From Massilicoli timonensis (GTDB lineage: Bacteria; Bacillota_I; Bacilli_A; Erysipelotrichales; Erysipelotrichaceae), in assembly GCF_900199515.1 (NCBI RefSeq), contig NZ_LT963434.1, positions 1,396,050 through 1,428,049 of the forward strand: a DNA stretch of 32,000 nucleotides, read 5' to 3'. The notes beneath the pieces were generated by a model. The model did not search any database. It saw nothing but the letters and a program-made list of their open reading frames with translations, and was not told where the DNA came from. Each line of letters starts with the position of its first letter. Within the stretch, counting starts at the first letter, position 1. This document shows, in pieces, positions 22,707-31,551 of the stretch. Both the position numbers and the translations under genes were made by a program.

Positions 22707-23522
22707 ATGTATCGAAAAATTGATGAAGCGGTAAATACGATAAAAAGCAAAGTGAGAAAACCGATCGATCTGGCGATCATCTGCGGATCCGGTCTGGGAG
22801 CGCTTGCCGACCAAATCGAGGATGCGATCGTATTGGATTATGAGCAGATTCCTCATTTCCCGGTTTCTACGATTCCGGGACATGCAGGGAAGCTGGTGAT
22901 CGGAACCTTGGAAGGGAAAACGGTTTTGGCAATGAAAGGACGTTTTCATTATTATGAAGGACATCCGATGGAAATCGTAACTCTGCCGGTGCGTGTGTTT
23001 GCCAGACTTGGCATAAAAAATCTGATCGTAACCAATGCCTGCGGCGGTATCCGCGATGATCTCATGCCGGGACAGATCACTTTAATTGAAGATCATATCG
23101 GCTTTATGGCACCCAGTCCTTTAAGAGGTCCGAATTTAGATGAATTCGGTCCGCGCTTTAAGGATATGAGCGAAGTTTACAGTCAATCGCTGCGCACGCT
23201 TGCAAAAGCATGTGCGAAGGAACTGCAAATCGCTTTGAAAGAAGGTATCTACTGTTTCTTTAAGGGGCCGATGTTTGAAACGCCGGCAGAGATCCGTGCC
23301 TTGAAAACGATCGGTGCGGATATGGTCGGTATGTCTACGGTGCCGGAAGCAATCGTTGCAAGACACTGTGATATGAAGGTGTTGGGAATCTCACTAATTA
23401 CCAATAAGGCTGCCGGCTTATCGAAAGGCGAACTCAATCATCAGGAAGTGATGGAAGCGGCAGATCGTGCGGAAACTGAACTCATCGCTTTGGTGAGAGC
23501 GTTTGTGAACAAGCTGCAATAA
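22707..23522 (+). CDS. punA: Purine nucleoside phosphorylase (trimeric PNP/MTAP family, inosine/guanosine type)
   Basis: AIICGSGLG, HAGKLVIG, RFHYYEG, GMSTVPE and a C-terminal NHQEV-type segment typical of PunA/DeoD-I-like PNPs. Confidence 0.9.
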   Translation: MYRKIDEAVNTIKSKVRKPIDLAIICGSGLGALADQIEDAIVLDYEQIPHFPVSTIPGHAGKLVIGTLEGKTVLAMKGRFHYYEGHPMEIVTLPVRVFARLGIKNLIVTNACGGIRDDLMPGQITLIEDHIGFMAPSPLRGPNLDEFGPRFKDMSEVYSQSLRTLAKACAKELQIALKEGIYCFFKGPMFETPAEIRALKTIGADMVGMSTVPEAIVARHCDMKVLGISLITNKAAGLSKGELNHQEVMEAADRAETELIALVRAFVNKLQ

Positions 23523-23614
23523 AAACATTTCGACAGTATTTTACTCATAAAAACAAAAATGCCTGCTATACTACTATTAGGGAATTTCCCGTTTATATAG
23601 ATCGCGCGCATAAG

Positions 23615-23652
23615 AAAAACCGGATGCTTTGTGAGGCAGACCGGTTTTTCTT
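23615..23652. terminator. Bidirectional terminator between punA and the tcdA-msrA fusion gene
   Basis: AAAAACCGG ... CCGGTTTTT stem with A-run and T-run flanks. Confidence 0.6.
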
Positions 23653-23726
23653 TTATTTCTATATTGCATAAAGATCTTATCGAAAAAGTTTTTATAGAAG
23701 AATCGGTTTTATTTGAGGCAGGTGTA

Positions 23727-24962
23727 TTACCAAGAGGTTTTTTGTTCTTCCTTTTTCAGTTTGGAAAAATCCACATGGCAATAGCCGTTTGGATTTTTTA
23801 ACAGATACTGCTGATGATACGCCTCTGCATCATAAAAGCAGGTAAGCGGCTGCACCTCGGTCAAGATCGGCGACGGATAGTCTGCCTGCTTCTTTTGGAT
23901 CCAGGTGCGGATCGTTTCTTCGTCCGCTTGATCCAGATAGTAAACACCGGTGCGGTATTGACTGCCCCGATCTTCTCCTTGTTCATGGTAGGCGGTAGGA
24001 TCAATGATACGAAACAGCAGCTCTAGGATCAAAGGAAGATCGATCAGACGATCATCGTATTGGAGACGGCACGCTTCCACATGATTGGTTTGATCACTGC
24101 ATACTTCTTCATAGGTAGGGTTTGCGGTAAATCCTTGCGCATAGCCAACACTTGTCTGTAAGATGCCTTTGACGCGGCGATAATATTCCTGTACGCCCCA
24201 AAAACAGCCGCCTGCTACGACGATTTCATGCAGATGCTTGGCATTTTCACATAAATCCCGAACGACCTTGGATGCGGCAGCCAGTCCTGCGGCAGGAGGA
24301 ACAAACGATGAACTGGCAGGCGGTATTTTCGCTTTGCGGGTCTTTCCATCCGCATTGATGATACGGTTTTGTACGATCGGCTGCTCTGTTGAAAAAATGA
24401 CCGGTATTCTGCCATAGATCCGCTGTTTTTTTACAAGACTGCGCAGTATTTTTGCCAATGGATCATAGCTTGTCTGATCCAGTGTCGTGATCGTGATCTT
24501 GGTGGGATCGAGGCGATTTGCCATGCCCAAAGAACTGATAAAAGGAATCTTTTTTTCCAGACAAGTCTGTATCAGTTCCAGTTTAGCGCTGATCGTATCG
24601 ATCGCGTCTACGACATAGTCGATTTTTTGTGAAAACAGCTGTTCATTTATCGCTTTACTGTAAAAGCAGTCATAACAAATGATCGTGCAGTCTTTGCGGT
24701 ACGACTTGATCCGTTCTTTCATGACCGCAGTCTTTGCTTTGCCGATGGTTCCATAATCAGCATGGATCTGTCGGTTCAAATTGCTTTCGGCAACGATGTC
24801 ATGATCGACTAAGATCAAAGTGCCGATCCCGCTGCGTGCCAATGCTTCGGCAGCAAAAGAACCGACCCCGCCGATGCCGACGATCATAACGGTTGCATGA
24901 CTTACAGCCTGCATGCCTTTTTCTTTTAAGAGCAGGCGGGTCCTTGTTTTAGCATCTTCCAT
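23727..24962 (-). CDS. Fusion protein: ThiF/TcdA-like tRNA t6A dehydratase domain plus peptide-methionine (S)-S-oxide reductase MsrA domain
   Basis: N-terminal VMIVGIGGVGSFAAEALARSGIGTLILVDHDIVAESNLNRQ (E1-like/TcdA). C-terminal VVAGGCFWGVQEYY...GYAQG...NPTYEEVC (MsrA with catalytic GCFWG). One uninterrupted 411-codon ORF. Confidence 0.85.
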   Translation of the reverse strand: MEDAKTRTRLLLKEKGMQAVSHATVMIVGIGGVGSFAAEALARSGIGTLILVDHDIVAESNLNRQIHADYGTIGKAKTAVMKERIKSYRKDCTIICYDCFYSKAINEQLFSQKIDYVVDAIDTISAKLELIQTCLEKKIPFISSLGMANRLDPTKITITTLDQTSYDPLAKILRSLVKKQRIYGRIPVIFSTEQPIVQNRIINADGKTRKAKIPPASSSFVPPAAGLAAASKVVRDLCENAKHLHEIVVAGGCFWGVQEYYRRVKGILQTSVGYAQGFTANPTYEEVCSDQTNHVEACRLQYDDRLIDLPLILELLFRIIDPTAYHEQGEDRGSQYRTGVYYLDQADEETIRTWIQKKQADYPSPILTEVQPLTCFYDAEAYHQQYLLKNPNGYCHVDFSKLKKEEQKTSW

Positions 24963-25056
24963 AACGGTTTGTATGATCGCGATGATTTACGATCACTGTG
25001 CCTCCTTTCTTTTAGGGTGAGCTGGATGAAACTGTTGAATCGTTCCTTTTTAAGGA

Positions 25057-27018
25057 TCATAAAATACGCTTAAAGTCTTTTTCCAATTCTTTTTCACTCA
25101 TGATGATCATGGTAGGTCTGCCATGTGGACAGTGGTAAGGCTGTTTGCAGGAAGCCAGATCGGCGATGACCTGTTTCATCTCATTTGTGGTCAAAGGACG
25201 ATGAAAGCGGATCGAGGAATGGCAGGCAAGTGAAGCGATGGCGCCCTTGCGCAGTTGTTCGATGCTGATCGTTTCCTCTTTTATAAATAAATCTACCATA
25301 TCTTGTAAATACTGCTTTTCTTCAACATCATGAAGCCATACCGGCAGTTCGCGGCACACAAGCGTATGATTGCCGAATAGTTCAAAGCGGATCCCCAGCG
25401 CTGCCAGTTTTTCGTTCAACTGTTCCAGTGCGGATACTACTTGGAGCGGCACTTCTAATGTAATAGGAATCAACAAAGGCTGTACCTCTGTTTTTCCGGC
25501 ATAGATCATTTCCGAAAACTGTTCATAATGAAAACGCTCTGCCGCGGCATGCTGATCAATGATATAAAGTCCTGCCTCTCCTTGGGCGATGATATAGCAG
25601 TTATGAAATTGGCCGATGACTTGCAGCTGTGGAAAGGCGCTTGGTTTGTTTGCGCTGCTTTCTGCTTTCGATCCTTCATCAGAGGTGCTTTGTATTTGTT
25701 TCAAAGCAGGAGGATCACAAGCATCTTTTCGCTGATCATCAGATGCATGCTGACTTTCTTTTTCAGGTTCAGGCAAGGCGTCTGACGCAAAAGAAGGAAG
25801 CGGTGCCGGTGCATGTTCCGGCTCACTTGTATAAGGAACGTCCGGTTCTTGTATTTGGGTGGAAGAAAGTAAATCTTCCAAAGTCATCGTTTTTACCTCT
25901 AACGGTGGTTTTTGAAAGCTTTGATTGATGCTTTCATGCACCCGTGTATTTTCCGGTGCGTTTGTATAAGTAAAATCAAACTGCTGTGCTTGGATCGTTT
26001 CTTTTTCCCGGCGCGGTTTTGCTTCCGGTACGCTGATCTGTGTTTCCAATGCCTGTTTGACGGTATCGAACAAAAGGCGTTCTAATTGTTTTTCTTTTGA
26101 AAGACGAATTTCCCATTTAGAAGGATGCACATTGACATCGACTAACTGCGCGTCCATCGAGACATTGACGACGGTGATCGGATAGCGATCTTTTGGCAGA
26201 TAAGGTGCATATGCATCGGCAACCGCTTTTTGTAAGCGGTAGGAGCGTACCATTCTGCCGTTGATGAACAGCAGCATATAATATTTAGTAGCACGGTTAT
26301 ACTGAGGCTGCACAGCGTAGCCTGCAATCGTATAATCCTGATCTTTTCCCTGTAAGGAAATGGCGCTTTTCGCCACTTCGCGTCCATAGATCTGCATGAT
26401 GACTTCCCGCAAAGATCCGCTGCCGCTGCTTCGAAAGGTAAGTTTTCCATCATGATGTAAGGTAAAGGCGATTTCCGGATGGGAAAGGGCGAATTTCTGC
26501 ACGACATCACTGATCAAGGAAAATTCATATTGCGGTGTTTTTAAGTGCTTGAAACGAGCAGGTGTTTTCTGGAATAAGTTTTTGACTTCAATGGAAGTGC
26601 CGCGCGGTGTGCCGATCGGCGATGCATGGTCGAGCTTACCGTATTTGATCTCTACTTCGGTTCCTTCTTTTCCATCATTGGTTCGCAAACGCACATGAGA
26701 AACAGAAGCGATGGAGGGCAGTGCTTCCCCACGAAAGCCCATCGTATGAATGTTCCAAAGGTCATTGCTTTCTTTGATCTTGCTTGTGGCATGGCGTTCA
26801 AATGCAAGCAGAGCGTCCTGTGCATCCATGCCGGTGCCGTTATCGACCACACTTAAAGACAGGATGCCGCCCTGCTCGGCGGAGATACTGATCTGAGTCG
26901 CTTTCGCATCTATGCTGTTTTCAACTAATTCTTTGATGATGCCGGAAGGACGTTCTACTACTTCACCGGCAGCGATCATATTGCTTAACTGTTCGCTGAG
27001 GCGATTGATGATACCCAT
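25057..27018 (-). CDS. mutL: DNA mismatch repair protein MutL (endonuclease type)
   Basis: GHKL ATPase N-terminus (IAAGEVVERP, ELVENSIDA), disordered linker, C-terminal DQHAAAERFHYE endonuclease motif and CPHGRP. Confidence 0.96.
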   Translation of the reverse strand: MGIINRLSEQLSNMIAAGEVVERPSGIIKELVENSIDAKATQISISAEQGGILSLSVVDNGTGMDAQDALLAFERHATSKIKESNDLWNIHTMGFRGEALPSIASVSHVRLRTNDGKEGTEVEIKYGKLDHASPIGTPRGTSIEVKNLFQKTPARFKHLKTPQYEFSLISDVVQKFALSHPEIAFTLHHDGKLTFRSSGSGSLREVIMQIYGREVAKSAISLQGKDQDYTIAGYAVQPQYNRATKYYMLLFINGRMVRSYRLQKAVADAYAPYLPKDRYPITVVNVSMDAQLVDVNVHPSKWEIRLSKEKQLERLLFDTVKQALETQISVPEAKPRREKETIQAQQFDFTYTNAPENTRVHESINQSFQKPPLEVKTMTLEDLLSSTQIQEPDVPYTSEPEHAPAPLPSFASDALPEPEKESQHASDDQRKDACDPPALKQIQSTSDEGSKAESSANKPSAFPQLQVIGQFHNCYIIAQGEAGLYIIDQHAAAERFHYEQFSEMIYAGKTEVQPLLIPITLEVPLQVVSALEQLNEKLAALGIRFELFGNHTLVCRELPVWLHDVEEKQYLQDMVDLFIKEETISIEQLRKGAIASLACHSSIRFHRPLTTNEMKQVIADLASCKQPYHCPHGRPTMIIMSEKELEKDFKRIL

Positions 27019-29567
27019 TATGCTTCACCGCCTTTCTTTAACAGTTCCTGTAGTTCCACGATAAACTGCATTGCCTGCATTGGCGTCATTTGATTGACAT
27101 CAACGGCTTCTAAGCGATCATGCAGCTGTTTTTCCTGCAAAGAAGGCTTTTCAATATAGATCGGTGCGTTGATGGTCGCGGAGTGTTCTTGTATTTCGTA
27201 AGATTCTAGCAGCCGTTTCGCACGCTCGATCACGCCTTCCGGCAGTTTAGCCAAACGTGCGACATTGATGCCGTAAGATTTATCTGCTTTGCCTTCATTG
27301 ACCCGATATAAGAAGGTAACGTGTTCATCTTCTTCGTGTACTTCGACATGAACATTGCGAATGCCCGTTTCCTGCTGCGCAAGCGCCGTCAGTTCATGAT
27401 AATGAGTGGAAAACAATGTCTTGGCATGAATCTGATGACAGATATATTCGATCATTGCCTGTGCTAACGCCATGCCATCATAAGTAGAGGTACCGCGTCC
27501 GATCTCATCAAATAAGATCAGCGAATGCGGTGTTGCGTTTTGTAATGCATGATTGGCTTCGATCATTTCTACCATAAAAGTAGATTCGCCGCTCATGATA
27601 TCATCACTGGCACCGATCCTGGTAAATATTTTGTCGAATAAAGGCAGGTGCGCTTTTTGTGCAGGAACGAAGCAGCCGATCTGCGCCATGATTGCAATAC
27701 ATGCCATCTGCCGCATATAGGTCGATTTACCGCCCATATTCGGTCCGGTGATCATTAACACATTGCAGTCTTCTTCCATTTTCAGATCATTGGAAACATA
27801 CCGCTTTTGTTTCATCGCTTTTTCTAGGATCGGGTGCCTTGCTTCTTCTAGGTCAATGGCGCTGCCTTCATGAAAAATCGGTCTTACATAGCCGTTTTCA
27901 GAGGAGATCACTGCCAGTGCATATAACACATCCATCGTTGCCAATGCGGCTGCAAGCTGATGCAGTTTTGGCAAATAGGCTCTTGTGCGTTCCAGCAGCT
28001 CTAAGAACAAGCGCTGTTCCAAACGTACACTTTTTTCCTGTGCATGTACGATCGCATCTTCGCGTTCTTTCAATTCTTCGGTCACAAAACGTTCACAGTT
28101 GGTAAGCGTTTGTTTGCGTACATAGCCAAAGCTTTCCTTTACCTGATCTAAATTGGCTTTGGTTACTTCGATATAGTAGCCGTAAATGCGGTTATAGCCG
28201 ATCTTTAATGATTTGATACCGGTACGTTCGCGCTCCTTTGCCTCCAGTTCTAAGATCCAGTCTTTTCCGGATACGGCGATCTTGCGCACTTCATCTAATT
28301 CCGTATCATAGCCGGTAACGAAGATACCGCCGTCTTTGATGCTGATCGGCGCATCTTCCACGATCGCTCCATCCAGCAGTTTCAATAATTCTTCACAGGC
28401 ATCGACTTGCTGAAATGCTTGATAAGCATCACATCCCGCAAATAAAGCGATGATCTGCGGCGCCGCTTTTAAGGTCTTGATGATTTGTAAAAGATTGCGT
28501 GGATTGGCACTGCCATAGGCAACTCTCGCGCATAAACGCTCTAAGTCATAGACCTGCTTCATCTGCTCTCTTAATTCATCCTTGGTAATGAAGTTTTCAT
28601 TAAGAAAAGCAATGCCGTCTAATCGGCGATTGATTTCCTGCACATCTAACAGCGGATACTCGATCCATTTGCGAAGCAGACGCGATCCCATTGCACTTTG
28701 ACAGTGATCTAAGAAAGACCACAATGTCTGTGAACGGGAATTGCTGCGCAATGTCTGGGTCAATTCCAGATTGGCCTTTGTCGCAAAATCCATCTGTACA
28801 TAATCGTCCTCTTTTACCAGTTCTACGCTCATCAAATGGGAAACGTTGCGTTTTTGCGTATCTTCTAAATAATTGGTCAAGGTAATGAACGCCTTGGTGA
28901 TCCGTTCATCGTTAAGTGCAGCCAACAGATGCTGATAAGCCGGGTTCAGTTCTTCATTCTCCATATGGGAAATGGTGATCATCTGCAGATCGGCAATCCG
29001 TTTCTCCACTTTCTTATCGAAGTGCTTTGGCAGTACGACCTCTTTGACACCATTGCCTAAAAGCACCTTTTGGATGGAAGCTGCCTGTTTGTCAATGATC
29101 TGTGCCCGCATTTCACCGGTCGTCATTTCACAAAGCACGACAGCCAGACCATATTGAAAATCATACATGCCGGCAATCGTAACCGTTGCTTTGGCATCAT
29201 TGATTTCATCCATGATCGTTCCCGGAGTAACGATCTTGATTACATCGCGCTTGACGATACCTTTGGCATCTGCCGGATTTTCCATCTGTTCGACAATGGC
29301 GACCTTATAACCTTTTTGTACCAGACGCTGAATGTAGCCGCTTGCGGCATGATGAGGAATCCCACACATCGGCACTTTTTCCACGCCGCCGTTTCTTGCG
29401 GTCAGCACCAGATCTAACTGTGCTGATGCAATCTGTGCATCTTCAAAAAACATCTCATAAAAATCGCCGAGACGATAAAAGACGATCGCATCGCTCAATT
29501 TATTTTTTACTTCCAAATATTGTTTGATCATAGGGGTATATTGTTCTATATTACGCATCTTTTGCAC
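27018..29567 (-). CDS. mutS: DNA mismatch repair protein MutS
   Basis: TPMIKQY..GDFYE mismatch-binding N-terminus, Walker A GPNMGGKST, STF and DEIGRGTST motifs. Stop/start junction with mutL at 27018. Confidence 0.97.
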   Translation of the reverse strand: MQKMRNIEQYTPMIKQYLEVKNKLSDAIVFYRLGDFYEMFFEDAQIASAQLDLVLTARNGGVEKVPMCGIPHHAASGYIQRLVQKGYKVAIVEQMENPADAKGIVKRDVIKIVTPGTIMDEINDAKATVTIAGMYDFQYGLAVVLCEMTTGEMRAQIIDKQAASIQKVLLGNGVKEVVLPKHFDKKVEKRIADLQMITISHMENEELNPAYQHLLAALNDERITKAFITLTNYLEDTQKRNVSHLMSVELVKEDDYVQMDFATKANLELTQTLRSNSRSQTLWSFLDHCQSAMGSRLLRKWIEYPLLDVQEINRRLDGIAFLNENFITKDELREQMKQVYDLERLCARVAYGSANPRNLLQIIKTLKAAPQIIALFAGCDAYQAFQQVDACEELLKLLDGAIVEDAPISIKDGGIFVTGYDTELDEVRKIAVSGKDWILELEAKERERTGIKSLKIGYNRIYGYYIEVTKANLDQVKESFGYVRKQTLTNCERFVTEELKEREDAIVHAQEKSVRLEQRLFLELLERTRAYLPKLHQLAAALATMDVLYALAVISSENGYVRPIFHEGSAIDLEEARHPILEKAMKQKRYVSNDLKMEEDCNVLMITGPNMGGKSTYMRQMACIAIMAQIGCFVPAQKAHLPLFDKIFTRIGASDDIMSGESTFMVEMIEANHALQNATPHSLILFDEIGRGTSTYDGMALAQAMIEYICHQIHAKTLFSTHYHELTALAQQETGIRNVHVEVHEEDEHVTFLYRVNEGKADKSYGINVARLAKLPEGVIERAKRLLESYEIQEHSATINAPIYIEKPSLQEKQLHDRLEAVDVNQMTPMQAMQFIVELQELLKKGGEA

Positions 29568-29634
29568 TTCCGTTTCTATTTCTTCTTTGCCTGTTTCTGT
29601 TGATTTGACAGACGTTTTCTTTTTTAACTTCTAT

Positions 29635-29643
29635 ATTATAACA
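29635..29643 (-). promoter_or_regulatory. Extended -10 promoter element (TGtTATAAT) upstream of mutS
   Basis: The reverse complement of 29635-29643 reads TGTTATAAT, ~70 nt upstream of the mutS ATG. Confidence 0.5.
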
Positions 29644-29704
29644 AATTTCCTCTTTTTTTATAATCTTTCTGTTTTTTATATGTGGAAAGTGTAACTTATC
29701 TAAT

Positions 29705-29771
29705 AAAAAAGAATCCGAAGAGCTTATCCGCTGTCAGATCGAATGACAACAAAGCTATCCCCGAATTCTTT
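29705..29771 (-). terminator. Long imperfect terminator hairpin after the EIIC-like gene
   Basis: On the minus strand GAATTCGGGGATAGCTT ... AAGCTCTTCGGATTC is followed by TTTTTT. Imperfect stem with wobble pairs. Confidence 0.45.
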
Positions 29772-29814
29772 ATCCTATGTATATGGATAGGATGATCGAA
29801 AGAAAACACGGCTT

Positions 29815-31389
29815 CTAATGAACGGCGGCATTTTCTTCTATCGTTTGCATAGACGCATGCTCTTTTTCTTCCATTTGCTTGATCATTTCCCGTGCGATGA
29901 TCGTCGAACAGTTGCCTAAACGCAATAAATATCCATCTTTTGATTCTAGGATGACATAAGCACCGGCCGCTTTTAATTCATCGAAATCAACTAAGCTGCG
30001 ATCTTTCAAAGCCACGGTCATTTTATCCGGCGTATGATCGACGCTGATCAAGTTGTCGATGCCTCCCAGTCCGCGTATGACGGTATCGCTGTACTGTGCG
30101 ACATTTCCCATATTGAATAAACCCACAGCAAGTTTGTTGAAGTAAAAGCGGGTCAGGAAAAAGAAAGCCACTGCGGCAACTAAACCGACGATCAGCAAGG
30201 CGATGACAGAATCATACAGATCCGGCAGACGAATATATTGCAGCAGGTCTAAACTGCTTCCCGGATTGGCATAAAGCAGGTCATCTTGGAAGAAATAGCC
30301 GATCTGCACATGCAGCAAGGAAAAAGTCGCATACAGGATGCCGACGATCAATAGATACGCCACATATAGAAGCGGCGATAAGATCAGCATGACGAATTCC
30401 ATCGGCAGCGCATTTCCGCAAACAATCGTCAGTGCGATCGCCAAAATGATAAACGGCAAGTAACGCAGTTTATCTTTGCGGCTGCTGACCAAGGAATAGT
30501 AGCCAAGGATAAAAGCAGGCATCAAAAATAAATTGATCACATAATAAGGGGTAATGAACTTACCGACCGTTGCCGGCAGCTTCGCTGTCATTTCATAAGT
30601 CCAGACGCTGACATCTCCCATATATTTTACACCGGCAGAATCTAAATAAGTGCCACCCCATTCACCAAACCAGAAGATGCTGCGAGAAATATTCTGCATG
30701 CCCGATACCGCACCGAAGCGATCGATCACACCATAATAAAACAGATTCATCGGATTGGAGGTGTCTGACGCAATCAGTTCAAAGCATATTTCCATCAGAT
30801 CAATTACATATGGCCAAACAAAGCCGACCAGTACCGCACTGCCTGCACATAACAGCAAGGCAATGACCATGGAATACGTATCATGATCCAAAAAGCCGAA
30901 CATACCTTCCATTAGATGACTGCGTGATTTATGATAGGAATAGGAAACGATCCAATAAACGATAAATAACGGCAGGATCCCCATGCGATAAGGAGCGAAA
31001 AAGGTCGTTACATCGTCAATGGTCTCTGTGATTCCAATTCCCAGAATGCTCTCATAGTAATATGCCGGATCACCGCTTTCCGCGATAAACATGACGACGA
31101 TCAAGAAAATAAAATATCCGGCAATACCGACAATGATCGGCACATTGGATGCGAATTTTCGGGATAAGATCTTAATGAACATGAAAAAGGGAATCAGTTG
31201 AATGGTAAATCCGCCAATATACTTTAACAGTTCCGCAAAAAGGAGCAGGTTTTCATTTTCTACATGCCACAGAATATCGGCAATCACAGGATTTGTGATC
31301 GCGGAACCGATCCCCAGCAACAGCGTCGCAAAAAACAACAGTTTGATCGGAAATTGCACATGTCCAAGCAGGGAATGCCATCTCGACAC
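29815..31389 (-). CDS. Polytopic EIIC-like permease with C-terminal EIIB(Glc)-like domain lacking the phospho-acceptor Cys
   Basis: About 10 or more hydrophobic segments. The C-terminal block IRGLGGIDNLISVDHTPDKMTVALKD...LKAAGAYV resembles the EIIB pattern LGGxxNIxxxxxCxTRLR, but has T-P-D-K-M-T where C-x-T-R-L-R is expected. Confidence 0.6.
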   Translation of the reverse strand: MSRWHSLLGHVQFPIKLLFFATLLLGIGSAITNPVIADILWHVENENLLLFAELLKYIGGFTIQLIPFFMFIKILSRKFASNVPIIVGIAGYFIFLIVVMFIAESGDPAYYYESILGIGITETIDDVTTFFAPYRMGILPLFIVYWIVSYSYHKSRSHLMEGMFGFLDHDTYSMVIALLLCAGSAVLVGFVWPYVIDLMEICFELIASDTSNPMNLFYYGVIDRFGAVSGMQNISRSIFWFGEWGGTYLDSAGVKYMGDVSVWTYEMTAKLPATVGKFITPYYVINLFLMPAFILGYYSLVSSRKDKLRYLPFIILAIALTIVCGNALPMEFVMLILSPLLYVAYLLIVGILYATFSLLHVQIGYFFQDDLLYANPGSSLDLLQYIRLPDLYDSVIALLIVGLVAAVAFFFLTRFYFNKLAVGLFNMGNVAQYSDTVIRGLGGIDNLISVDHTPDKMTVALKDRSLVDFDELKAAGAYVILESKDGYLLRLGNCSTIIAREMIKQMEEKEHASMQTIEENAAVH

Positions 31390-31512
31390 ATCATCACCTC
31401 ATTTCTTGTTTATTATACTATGAAATCCTTACTTGATTCAAATAGAAATCGTTTTCCCTGCAGCCTCCGGTAAAATTCATGCAATTCTTTTGAAAATAAT
31501 CAGGAGAATACA

Positions 31513-31521
31513 TGTTATAAT
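31513..31521 (+). promoter_or_regulatory. Extended -10 promoter element (TGtTATAAT) upstream of the SEDS gene
   Basis: TG 31513-31514, TATAAT 31516-31521, ~30 nt upstream of the predicted start. Confidence 0.5.
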
Positions 31522-31551
31522 AGATAACAGTGAAAAGAAAGGAGAATGTGT

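Noticed and set aside
23580-23590. Palindrome GGGAATTTCCC in the punA downstream region
   Set aside because: It is a short isolated 11-bp palindrome between convergent genes, with no promoter context or second copy, so it is likely chance.
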